The notes under the pieces are model-generated. The model ran no database searches, was not told the origin of the DNA, and saw nothing but the letters and a program-made list of their open reading frames with translations. Below, one piece after another: positions 51,793-64,000 of a stretch of 64,000 bases of DNA. The DNA lies in the NCBI GenBank assembly GCA_965235115.1, contig OZ249436.1, positions 38,876,001 through 38,940,000 on the forward strand, in the 5' to 3' direction. The stretch is from Laetmonice hystrix. Taxonomy: Eukaryota. Within the stretch, counting starts at the first letter, position 1. Each line of letters begins with the position of its first letter. Position numbers and translations under genes: made by a program.

Positions 51793-54700
51793 TAAAACAT
51801 TAGAAAGAAACAGAGGACACATGTATGTAATTATGTTGTGGTCCAAAAATACGTTCATAATGAACTCCATGTATCTTTGGATCGTTTATCGGGACCGATC
51901 TATGAATGTGGCTGTAACACATAGACAGACACTCGCTATACATGTTGTCCTCTGTATCAGGCCGTGGGTTACCTGCGTAATTCTATGTACATTACATGTA
52001 TCGATAAAACCAAGTGTACGTTTCATCTCGCCGTCGGGTACATTGTATATACCCTTATCATCGTATGTCCCTCAGCTAGCGTTAATCCCACACAACACTC
52101 TACATGACCATAATTACAACGTCTGGACTAACCTTCAAGGGGCTTCGGTAAAGTTAGTTATCTATATTCAGTTGCTGTTTAGCAAAGGGCATGGTTAAGT
52201 CACAAATCAAACACCTTATCGTGGTCAACATTAACAAAGATATTGTATAACGAGAGGTTGTTTTATCAGCCAACCGTTCAAAACATTATAATGATCTGTA
52301 AACATGCAAAATATCGTACACAGTGAGTTTACAGATTACAGTGTAAACACAAGGCATTCGGGCTGACCGCTGACATTCAGCCCTGCCAAATAAACACTTC
52401 TACAATTATGTGAATCCCCACTCTACCGTTAACGACACTCCATTGTGAATTTAACCCCAATTTATCCCGGAGCTGAATTGGCTTGGTTTCCAAGGAGAGT
52501 GAAATCTTTTATAGCTTAAACTGTGAAACAATGGCGTAGATTCCCGGCCTTCCGTTTATCTGTCCATAATAGTGAGCCCTGCCCTCCTCATGTAGAGCTA
52601 GGCCTACTTGACAGTGCCTGAGTTTTAAGTCAATAATCCGGGCGAGCCTTTTCACCGGCTTTTGATCATGTCACTTATTAGTGTCTTTGCCCGTGTGCCC
52701 TCTTCTACCACAAAAACTCCAGCCAAGCACACTTAACATTTCCGAGAATCCATGGAGCGTGAACATCTCGTCTCTCCCAGTAACAATTCCTTATTACCCC
52801 CCACCCCCAACCCCAACCCCCCACCCCCGCACCACGCTTCCTGCTATAGGTTCAATGTGTTTGCAAACATCACGTTTCCCGGTTAAAAGGCCCACTAAAC
52901 CAATATCTCTTTCAAGCCCTCTCTACAAGAGCCATTTGACTAAACGCAGGATGGATTGCAAACACAAACAAAGGAGAAGCTTAAACGCCGCCCTAATTGC
53001 TCACCTCTCTGACCACAATGGTAGTTCGAGCAATTTACTAATTGGCTGAGCCGGGACGATTGCAATTGAGACGGCGAGTTGGCTATTTGAGACATCCCGA
53101 CACTTTTTTCGCCCTTTATGGCCTTGCTTATCACCAAACCATGCGTACACTTCACCTTGGTCGCTTCCAAGAGATGCAGTACTGGAACTGGAAGCCGAAC
53201 ACAAAAACACTTCGAAACTTTTAGTTTAAAGATCCTAGGAGGGGGTACGAAATTATCGAGTAACTCAAGTCTGTGGATTTTATCCTGTGGATGACTCCAA
53301 ACATCGTCGACAGCAAGCCGTTTATAAGATGCGAGGATGTATACGGGCCGTCAAACTGCTGATACAGCACGTTTTTCGCAAATATTGACTGATGTCAGCT
53401 GTTTGTACACAGAAGCCACCACGTCTCGGAGCTACAATCTTGATAGGAGTTGGCAGTCAAGTGTTGGCATTACGAAATCCACACTGTCCGAATCTAGGCC
53501 AGTCACCTCGTTCCTGGGCCCTATGTGTGTAGCCTATACCCACCCTAAACACCCCCAACTCGGGGTCGGCGACCGACGCCATTTTGAAATGGCGACCTCC
53601 CAACGGTTTGAGGTCCAAAGTCAACGAATTTTGTGAAACAAGCAATCCGAAACGCCAATTAAGGCACCAAGTGTCGGTTTTCGACACTGGTACATTGCGC
53701 GCCGGTAAGTTGCACTTTATTAGCTTTGCCCTCCGAAGCACGTGGCTGCCATATTAGCCGTGAAAGGACTGATGACAGTGATGGATGTGTAATCGGAGGT
53801 TGAAGACGATTCGTTGACAAGTGGCATTTATTTGAGCACCACGCAGCTCTTCAACCGACAATATTGGCTTGAGGTGACGCCAATGACTTGTCAGTTATAA
53901 TCTGTTAAAATATCAAATTCCACGGTTTGCATTTCTGCCTGGAATACTCTTACCCGGTGTCGCTAAGACCAGAATCTGTGATTCAAATAATCTTACATGG
54001 TATACAATTTGCGTTACACTATACACACAGGTCAAGGCCGCCATTTTGCCATTGGACAACTTTAGGCCTAGAAATGCTGAATTTATATGACAACAAGTTT
54101 CTGATATACCTATTTCTGATAGTAATATAGGACATAGATCAGCGTATGGGTGTTTGGTTATCGTTGCTCAATCGAGGACGGGAAGCAAACCCAAAGATCG
54201 GTTACAGTAATATATTGGGTATATGTAACAAGGATATAGGCGTATACACATGTAAAGCCCTACGTATAATGTTCTCACGTTAAGAAAATAAACAATGCAT
54301 ATTCTCACATCCTGCGTTTAAACTTACTTTTTCAAGTAAAGTGAAAATGTAATTATTTTACTGTGATTCGCTTTCCTGACGCCTTTTTACCTGCATTTTT
54401 ATGTGGTCAAGCATAGGCTATGTAGGCTATAGCTTCTTGATGTCGGGAGATGTAAATTATTCTGCTGTATACGTATTCAGCGAAGTTTAAATGGACACCT
54501 TGCTTAAAATTTCTTAGCTTTGGAAGGCTACGGTGGATATATCGTAACTACACTGTACCAAATCGTAGTTATTTCGATTATATTGTACATGTATACACTT
54601 ATACTTGTGTATATATATGTATGTAAGTCACTCTGGAACGTAAAGGGTCTGACTGTGACTTATCAAAGGCCGTAAGGTCGACCGATTGAATGCACTTCTT

Positions 54701-56032
54701 CAATGTTCAATGTTTTAGGCACAATATAAATAATCTAAATGTATATATAATATAAACATATTTATCTATACTATTGACGTTCTTGGCGTCGTGCGCCTTC
54801 TCTTTTTTCATTTGGTTTCATGCAAATGTGAATACATGTATAAGATACGTCTTCTATGAAGTTTGTCCTAGTTTTGAGGTTTGTAAAGAGTGTAATGACG
54901 TATTGCGATATCTAGTCGCAGATATACAGCGTACATCGTGGTGAAGTACATGTGTTGTGATGTTGGGCGGCCGTAGTGGCTTCCCGACTCGCACCTACTA
55001 CCACGTGTTCGGAATGTTGATATTGTATACACACGAGAGGGGATTGAACGAATAAAGCTCTCAGCTTGCCACATAAACACCATGTCTAAGTCCTTGTAAT
55101 GTGTATCGTATGGAGGCAAGGCTTGAGACAATTTGTTTGAGCAGAGTATACGTTTGAAACAGATATATCTCTCGTGCTCGTATACTATTGCAATCAGGAT
55201 GTCGCAACATGGCTGACTTAGCAATCGTGTGTGTGGGTTGCATGCATAAAGACTCTAATATTGCATGAGTATAAAGTTTTATATCTTTGCATACATATAA
55301 TACATATAAAAATTAATGTCAAGTTTAAGAGTGAGCCTGGAGAGTTCGTTTACTTTCCAAATGCATGACTGGGAATGAATATGTGCATGGTTTATTTATA
55401 CCCCGTGCCGATATAACATGTCCTAATCAAATGTATTTCTTACTTAGCATTTACTATTTGTTAATGAAAACCACGTTGAAGCTATGGCATGAATGTCATG
55501 AGAAAAGTTAAATAGATATCGCGATTTCCCCCTGACGACACCTGCTTGATTCGAACGTAAAAAGTGGCCGTCCTTATACAGTGGACTGATGGCCGCTGCC
55601 CAGGTATGTAATATAGCGGGGTTACGGACGGGCGGGCGGGGGGTGGGCCGGACGGTAGTAGACCGGGTCGTGGGGTAGGGATTGACCGGGGATCACGGGC
55701 TGGTATCCCCGGGCCCTCTATACCCCACCCCCGCGCCGCCCGTCACCCCCCGTCACCGCCCCCAGCCGGCCTCCAGTCGCCGCCGATAACGGTAATTATA
55801 CAATTAAGTCGGTCGGATATTTCGGGTTCGGCGTGCATTAAGTAAAATAAACCAGTCCTGATTGTCACTGCAGCCAGGTGGTTTAGGGTGATGACGTGTG
55901 GACATGTAGGGGATGGGACGGTATGTCTGCTGGGGTTGGTTAACTAGAGATGAATGTATTTATAACGGTGGCTTCGTTCGTTTTTATATATACTCAAGGA
56001 CTTGGAAAATTAACCTTGTTTACTACATGCAT

Positions 56033-56252
56033 CACTAACAGTCGAGTATACATTTTTATACACTCGCTGACATACTTCCTCAATTTTATCATTTTACGGT
56101 GCAGAAACTGTATGAATTATATTATTATTATTATATTATTATTATTATTATATTAACACCACTAACCGTCTAGTATACATTTTTATACACTCACTGACAT
56201 ACTTCCTCTATTTTATCATTTTACGATGCAGAAACTGTATCAATTATATTAT
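56033..56252. repeat. About 90-bp direct duplication separated by (ATT)n
   Basis: CACTAAC..AGTATACATTTTTATACACTC..GCAGAAACTGTAT at about 56033 and 56160. Confidence 0.85.
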
Positions 56253-59200
56253 TTCGATTGCTGAATACAAATGCTAGAACGTATCAAATCTTCCGAAGTA
56301 TATATATTACCCTTCCCCCGAAAATAGAATAGAAAAGAAAAAAAACATATTATTATTTTCGGTGTGCCTTTTAACATTATATAAAGCTGCAAGAAATTCG
56401 CGGACAAAACGAAACAAAACAAATCCTATACTCCTCCCCTAAACGAAAACAACAAAAAAGGATTTAGGAAAGGAAAATTAGGATTTCTTGGAACCTCCAT
56501 GGGGGTCGATTGATCGGGTAAAAAGAGTTTCTTTAATAAGGACACTTCAATATCAGCCGATGTTCAATCTAAGTTTTTGTTGAGTGGAAGTATGATATCG
56601 TCCTAACCCGTACTACACGCCGCCCTATTGGACTGGCCCTGGATGTCTGGCCTAACAATTATACCCGAGGTGTTATATATAGGGTCTAACTGTTCGGGAC
56701 GTGTGCACATTCCCTCACACTCAACCCGCTTCATTCTATACTATATCTTATATATAATAAAATCCTCCCATAAAGTCAATTTATCTAGGGGCATTGGCCA
56801 GGACAGCAGATAGACACTACCTGAGAGGGGATGGCTTAATTGTTTATGTTTATTTCCATCTCCACATCAGTCTATATAAGGAGAGGGTTGTATACAGTAG
56901 CGCGCCGTAAAATGGGGCGGGGCATTATATGTAAAATAGTGGCAGTTTGATTGACGTTTTTATTGAATGGCAAGCTGCTCGCAGCTTGTGTTGAAACGTC
57001 GAATGTATTAAATAACACCTGTACAAAGGCTTGCTATCCGTGGCTGGTTCTACACCGCCCCTACGACTTGACACTGAGATATTTATACACCCAGGTATAT
57101 CGAGGTTGTGAAACCTGACATATATACATAGGCCTACATGTGTAAGTGGTGTATATCACGTGATACCTTGGCGACGCACCGCCATTATAGAGTGTCGGTG
57201 GACATCAAAGCGCAAGCCTTAAATCCCATTTACATGATGGTGAGATAAAGAGATAAACCCAACCCTTACGGATCGACCGGGACGCGCCAAATGAAGCCAT
57301 CTTATCGGCGTTCTGCCTGGCGCCCCCCTGATTACCATCTCCGAGGTATTGTATGGCGGGGTCCGTCCCATTGACAACCTACTGTAGACTGCAGTGGGTA
57401 ATGTTCCCGTAATACATGGCGCCCCTGGATCTATATCCTCAGGATTCCACCGATCGTCATCGATGCAATCGTAGCTTCGTTGATCCCTCTTACTGCTGAG
57501 AAGGTAATAGCGGTTGACATCATGGTGGACCAAAGCCAGGTGCAAAGATCGTTAAACTTTTCGTCTCAAGGTGTCTGTTGTTACTTTCGTTTCATTATAT
57601 ATCTGGGAGACGGGTTCATAATATTAATATATTGCGTTCGCTTAAAGTCCCACCGTAATGATACATTAATCAATAATTTATATCTCTCTTCATCTCTTTT
57701 CTTTATGATTCGTTTCGTTCTGCTTAAATATATTCTATCTATCTTTGATCTCTTCTCACTTCATAACTGATGGGCGTTGTTTAGATTCTTTTCTATATCT
57801 TTATCCCAGACGTGAGTGAGAGGACAGAAACCAAATTAAACCCCATACATTTATAAAATGTGTATAAAAAAAGTATATATAAGAAATAAAAATGAGATCA
57901 AAACGTTTTCAAAAGTGCAATTTTTGATTCAACATTTCAGTGTATTTTATAAAAACGCAAAAAAAAGAGAGATAAATTATCAAGTTGTGGAAAACTGTCT
58001 ATCTCGGCCGATGATGCGTGCTTGCAGTCGATGATTACATTCCATCCCAACGTATGCCCGGAGGAGGGTTGCTAACACAACCCTCCGAATGGCACCGGCA
58101 AGGTAGGGTGCTGGTGGAGGGGGGGGGGAGGATCAGGGGAGGCGGTCTCGTCTACAGAAATTAATCCGTTTTCACACGAAGGAGCTCAGCTTGCGATCAA
58201 GCTGCATTTGCTCAATCCCGTAATATTGGCAATACCATTGAAACGCTCATCGCTTCAAAGGTTTAATAGATGCGTCGGCTTGTCAAGTCAAAGTAACTGT
58301 TCTAGATCCCTTTATTCTTACGAATGATTGCCCCATATACACAGCCCTATAATACAATAAGCTTACCTTGAGTCCGCTACACAAAGGTAAATGTTTCTCT
58401 TAAACTCATGCCAACATACTTCATGTATAACGTTATGTATACAGAGTTGATCTCGCTGTGTTTTGTAACATGTGTAAAGGCTTCATTGACTTTAAGAAAA
58501 AATTACTTATTTCTATGCAAGCAGGTATATGCAACCACGCGTTAACCGAAAATATACGTAAAATTCAATTTCCGAGCAACTTTTTCCACATAGCAATGCA
58601 TCGATCTGAGCCCCTATAACTGTGCATATTTCCCGTGGCTTCAGCCGTTTTAACGACACAACAATGAACATATTCCCCACTTTAAAGTTTACGATTTCTC
58701 AACTGTCATTTATGCACCCTTTCCTTTCGTTGCTGCAGCCCTTTGGCTGTAGGTATTGTATGTAGACTACACGTTCCCAGCCCACTGTATGGCTCGATGA
58801 CTGCAGTGCTGTTTGCATCCCCCCTTTATGACAGTTCTCTGTCCGGCGTGGGAAGTTGTCACCACCGGGCCGACCGTTCGGCCAGGTATGGGGTGTAACC
58901 CAGGGGGTCAACCTCCACCGGCCTACTGGACATCGACAGGCAGGCAGTATACACTCAAACTGCCACTGATAAAAAGGTCTGATAAAAAAAACCTGGACAG
59001 TCAGGAAAAATTATGTTCAAGTTTTTGAGGTAACAACAGAAGTAAAGCGTTTTATTCTTAAATACATGCCTGAGTTATAGGCCGTAGCTTTTTTTTCTTT
59101 GCACATTTATATAATTTTGGTTTTTGTAGTTTACCCGACTTTAAATCAACTCATATCTCATCCCCATTTACAAACCCTCCAGTGAATGTCGTTAAACAAT

Positions 59201-61606
59201 ACCCCCTTTGCTGATGAACAACAAATCTGAATTGATGTTACAACATTCACAGATCATTAATCAAAATGTCCAGGAAATCAAGGTTTAAACTTTACTGAGA
59301 ACACTGGACCTGAAGGCGTGTTTAATTAACTGATCAGTGTTAATTCTCCAATCACGTTCAGCTAAGACTGCCCCTAATACCAGCGATGAGTGAGCAGCCC
59401 CTGGTCCGTGTCCACAACTGGAGCTCACCAAGCACTATCCCCTTGCCGATAACAAGATTTGTAACAATCTCTTTCCAGCCAGCGCACAACCTATTGCGTC
59501 ATTTTATGAAGCTTTGCAAAGTAACAACATATTTCTAACGGCCTTCCATGGGCACTACCGAACACTAGAAATAAGCCAGCTCGTATTTGTAGAATACCCA
59601 GGTGATAGGCTGGATACTTAGGTTTTATACGACAGAAATCCAGGGCTAAGTAGGTGTCAAATCTATTGAGCCACTATACCCAGCGATTAAAGCGTAGGCT
59701 CCGCTGACGGGCGAGTGTCTCGAGTAGTGGGCCATATCGGTGCTGGAACATAAATGAATACACATGTAAATACGGTATTATGAGCCATGATATATGGACA
59801 GGTTTAGAAACTTACATACACAATACGTCTCTCTGTATATGAAGGAAATCGACACAAATGAATTTAAATAAAGTGAAAATTATTATATTGAAATATTATT
59901 ATATTCGGTGTTCGAATATAAATATAGAGGCCTATATACTCAACCTCCTATATTTCAATGTTAAAAGTTACCCGATCCATGCATTGACTCACTGGAGAAA
60001 TAAAGTATCGCAGCATGCACCTGCATGTATAATGAGTTGAGTTATTTATTTCAAAGAAATGGCGAAGTACAATAACGTTTTCTGATGTTGCCTATGTCTT
60101 ATATAACAATATAATTTAGCCGTTTCTTTTGGATATTGCTCAAGCCGAGTTGGCTGTACATTAACCATTCTAATGTGATTAATACATAAATGTATACAAA
60201 AATGACTTTAATTGTGTTTATCTCGTAATCATATAAGGGCCATGCATTTCTCACACTTCTTTGGAGTTTTTCTTATCCTTTTTTCATTTGTGGGGCATGA
60301 CATGTCACCGTAGATTTTTAAAATAATTTCTAAAAGTTTGACATTTAATCAACACTTTGGCCGCGAATCTAAGACACTATATAAGAAATGAATCCACGCA
60401 GACTCCAAGGTGTAATAAAAATACATTTATTTATTTTCAGCGGTCTTCCATGACAACTTGTACCTTATTGCCCGATACATGTTGATAGGTAAATAACAAA
60501 GGGCTGCCTATATTGCAAAGAGGGTTGGAGGTGCGGACCTTGAGTCAGTGGACCAACCAGTCTTACCGCAAATCTGACGGATAAACTTTACATGGAGGTA
60601 AAACCATTTGGGTTCCATTGCCCTCTTGTTGGTAACATGCGTGCGGACTCAGACATGCGAACCGGATCTGCTTCAAAGACAGCTGGTGTAAATAGCGCGA
60701 AGTAGCTTGGTAAACATACACACACCGTGTAGTTGAGGCTGGGACAGTGTACATTCTCAGCTGAAACATCGACACGTAACTTCACAGTTCGTGTGTATGT
60801 GGTTACCCTGAACCACAGCACCACACGATATGAGGTAGAACTTGGTAATCTGATTCTCAGATCTATCAACCACGTGCGATAACAGGATTGTATACTCAGT
60901 GACTGACGGGTGGACGGGCAGTCCTGAACATGGGGTGATTAGGTGTATCTGGATAATACTTTATCTATGGTAACATGATACAGGAATATTAAAGAGAAGT
61001 AGAAACTGTATCCATCAATTCACAGAAGAAAAGAATTCCCAGTCGTAGCCGTCCTATTCGTGAATACTTTGTTGTATTTGTTCTGATAGTTGGCTCAGTT
61101 CTGTAGATAAAGGAGAAAAGGAACAATCTGTCTGAAGTGGTATTCTGTTTTTTCTCCCATTTAGGGCAAGCATAATACTGATTCCGAATTTCCGATAAGA
61201 ATATAGAAATACACAATAAAAAGAAAACAAGCAGAAAAGAAGAAAAGGGGGAGGAGGAGGAGGACGTTTCAGGACGAAGAAAGGAGAGTGGACGAATCTA
61301 AGTCAATGTCATTATATTAGGTATGGATGTGATAGCAATTGTCTTTTTATACAGGCACAATGTTTATTTTGGCATTACATTAGGTATTTATTTTATACAT
61401 GTAGGCTATGTGCAAACTACTGGTCACCTCATTAGGGTTATATAAATATTGAGACAATAGAACATAATGACGATTATCTTTTGAAAACTGACCCTTGATT
61501 GTCATTGTTCTAAGCTTTTGAAGACCCAGAGATGGTGTATACTGGTCTGTTCTTTTGGGTCAAGAGATTCAAAGTGAAAAAATACGCAGATGACCAACCA
61601 TTCTCA

Positions 61607-61611
<5 letters not shown>

Positions 61612-61687
<76 letters not shown>

Positions 61688-61750
61688 TTCTCTTTCTCTC
61701 TTCCTCTCTCTCTCCCCCTCTCTCTCCCTCGTCCTATCTCTCTTTCCCTC
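61612..61750. repeat. (CT)n microsatellite
   Basis: Direct reading of the sequence. Confidence 0.95.
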
Positions 61751-62583
61751 TTACTTAGTGTCTTTAGCGAGAAAGGTGTGTGAGTGAAATGAACCCCCCA
61801 CCCCCGCCAACTTCCCACCGAGTGGCGCGCCCATCTGACGGCACGGTTCCTGGATGACGTACATCCGGGTTTGGATCAACCACGTCACGTCACGTGTCAC
61901 CTTGCCGTCACCTGTTCAGAGCGCCCCCTGACGGTACATCGGTACGAGTAACATCGCCCAACTCAGCACGAGTGAGTCGGCCGCCAGCTTACTTGTGGCC
62001 ATCGATCACTGTAGAGGTGAGCCCCCTCCCGTCACCTTGCATGCTTGCCGAGTGGACCCTTTGTTTGGGTCGGCCTCCAACCCCCTGACCAAACCCCACC
62101 CCCGACCCCACCCTTCTAGCGTCACCCTCGGTTATTGATGCCCGACAAGGAGTTGGTTTCAAAGACAGACAAGTCCCATTGTGTAGAATTCCCTTTGAGA
62201 GCTTATCTTTACGCATAACAAGTGTATATCAGATGAATGAAGGTATTTTGTATAGACCAACTGCGTCATATGTTAAAGTTGGCCGTCACCTGTGCCATAG
62301 TGATTTCTGTAGTCAGGCCTACAGTCTGTCCAGCCACTTGAAACGACATCTGGTCCCTTCGTGACCCCACGTGACATCTTAGTCACTGTAGGACTCCCCT
62401 TAATCCAGCCATGTAGGCCTATGTTTCTTTGTTTGACAAATTGACATCGCTCATGGTCTCTTTAGGCCTACAGAGGGAAATATCTGATTGTAAAAGAAAA
62501 AACATCTTTCTATCGCTCTTTTCTTTTCTGTCTGGTTGGCTTGTTATTTTTATCTCCAAGTAAAGTACATCGGACCTCAGCTT

Positions 62584-64000
62584 GGAGGTGTGGGTGTGAG
62601 AGGTGTACCCCGGCCTGACCAGGGAGGTGTGGGTGTGAGAGGTGTACCCCGGCCTGACCATGGAGGTGTGGGTGTGAGAGGTGTACCCCGGCCTGACCAT
62701 GGAGGTGTGGGTGTGAGAGGTGTACCCCCTGGGTCGGCCTGACCATGGAGGTGTGGGTGTGAGAGGTGTACCCCCTGGGTCGGTCTGACCATGGAGGTGT
62801 GGGTGTGAGAGGTGTACCCCGGCCTGACCATGGAGGTGTGGGTGTGAGAGGTGTACCCCGGCCTGACCATGGAGGTGTGGGTGTGAGAGGTGTCCCCCCT
62901 GGGTCGGCCTGACCATGGAGGTGTGGGTGTGAGAGGTGTACCCCCTGGGTCGGCCTGACCATGGAGGTGTGGGTGTGAGAGGTGTATACCCCCTCGGTCG
63001 GTCTGACCATGGAGGTGTGGGTGTGAGAGGTGTACCCCCTCGGTCGGCCTGACCATGGAGGTGTGGGTGTAAGAGGTGTATACCCCCTCGGTCGGCCTGA
63101 CCATGGAGGTGTGGGTGTGAGAGGTGCACCCCCTCGGTCGGCCTGACCATGGAGGTGTGGGTGTGAGAGGTGCACCCCCTCGGTCGGCCTGACCATGGAG
63201 GTGTGGGTGTGAGAGGTATACCCCCTCGGTCGGCCTGACCATGGAGGTGTGGGTGTGAGAGGTGTACCCTGGCCTGACCATGGAGGTGTGGGTGTGAGAG
63301 GTGTACTCCCCTCAGTCAGCCTGACCATGGAGGTGTGGGTGTGAGAGGTGTACCCTGGCCTGACCATGGAGGTGTGGGTGTGAGAGGTGTACCCTGGCCT
63401 GACCATGGCGGTGTGGGTGTGAGAGGTGTACCCCGGCCTGACCATGGAGGTGTGGGTGTGAGAGGTGTACCCTGGCCTGACCATGGAGGTGTGGGTTTGA
63501 GAGGTGTACCCCGGCCTGACCATGGAGGTGTGGGTGTGAGAGGTGTACCCTGGCCTGACCATGGAGGTGTGGGTGTGAGAGGTGTGCCCCCCCCCCCCAC
63601 ACACACACACCCTCGGTCGGCCTGACCATGGAGGTGTGGGTGTGAGAGGTGTACCCCGGCCTGACCATGGAGGTGTGGGTGTGAGAGGTGTACCCTGGCC
63701 TGACCATGGAGGTGTGGGTGTGAGAGGTGTACCCCGGCCTGACCATGGAGGTGTGGGTGTGGGAGGTGTACCCCGGCCTGACCATGGAGGTGTGGGTGTG
63801 GGAGGTGTACCCCGGCCTGACCATGGAGGTGTAGGTGTGAGAGGTGTCCCCCCTCGGTCGGCCTGACCATGGAGGTGTGGGTGTGAGAGGTGTACCCGGC
63901 CTGACCATTGAGGTGTGGGTGTGGGAGGTGTACCCCTCTCGGCCAGCCTGACCATGGAGGTGTGGGTGTGAGAGGTGTACCCCGGCCTGACCATGGAGGT
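62584..64000. repeat. G-rich 39-48-bp minisatellite running off the window end
   Basis: Core unit GGAGGTGTGGGTGTGAGAGGTGTACCCCGGCCTGACCAT with CCTCGGT/CCTGGGT insertion variants. It explains the long repetitive ORFs at 62419-63994. Confidence 0.97.

Noticed and set aside
62419..63994. 494-aa and overlapping Pro/His/Thr-rich ORFs
   Set aside because: They arise from a stop-poor minisatellite, are open in several frames, and show no domain.

Overview
This is animal (bilaterian invertebrate, probably lophotrochozoan; inferred) genomic DNA, not prokaryotic, so most entries in the ORF track are spurious or come from repeats. The window is gene-poor. It holds two intact, same-strand, tandem Pitx homeobox genes (PRD class, K50 homeodomain plus C-terminal OAR motif). 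Pitx-A is join(25982..26354,28474..28703,29084..29626), 381 aa. Pitx-B is join(37901..38204,41756..41964,46354..46875), 344 aa; the ORF track misses its homeobox exon. The two genes share intron positions and phases but have unrelated introns and many synonymous differences, which points to an old tandem duplication. The rest is non-coding: minisatellites, microsatellites, several MITE-like elements and a SINE-like fragment. Other notable signals are a candidate far-upstream alternative first exon, a rearrangement scar that copies part of Pitx-A intron 1 into an upstream minisatellite, clustered K50 (TAATCC) sites, a FoxH1+Nkx2 motif module, convergent CTCF-like motifs and a strong excess of TAGGCCTA. 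All motif calls were made by eye; no searches were run.
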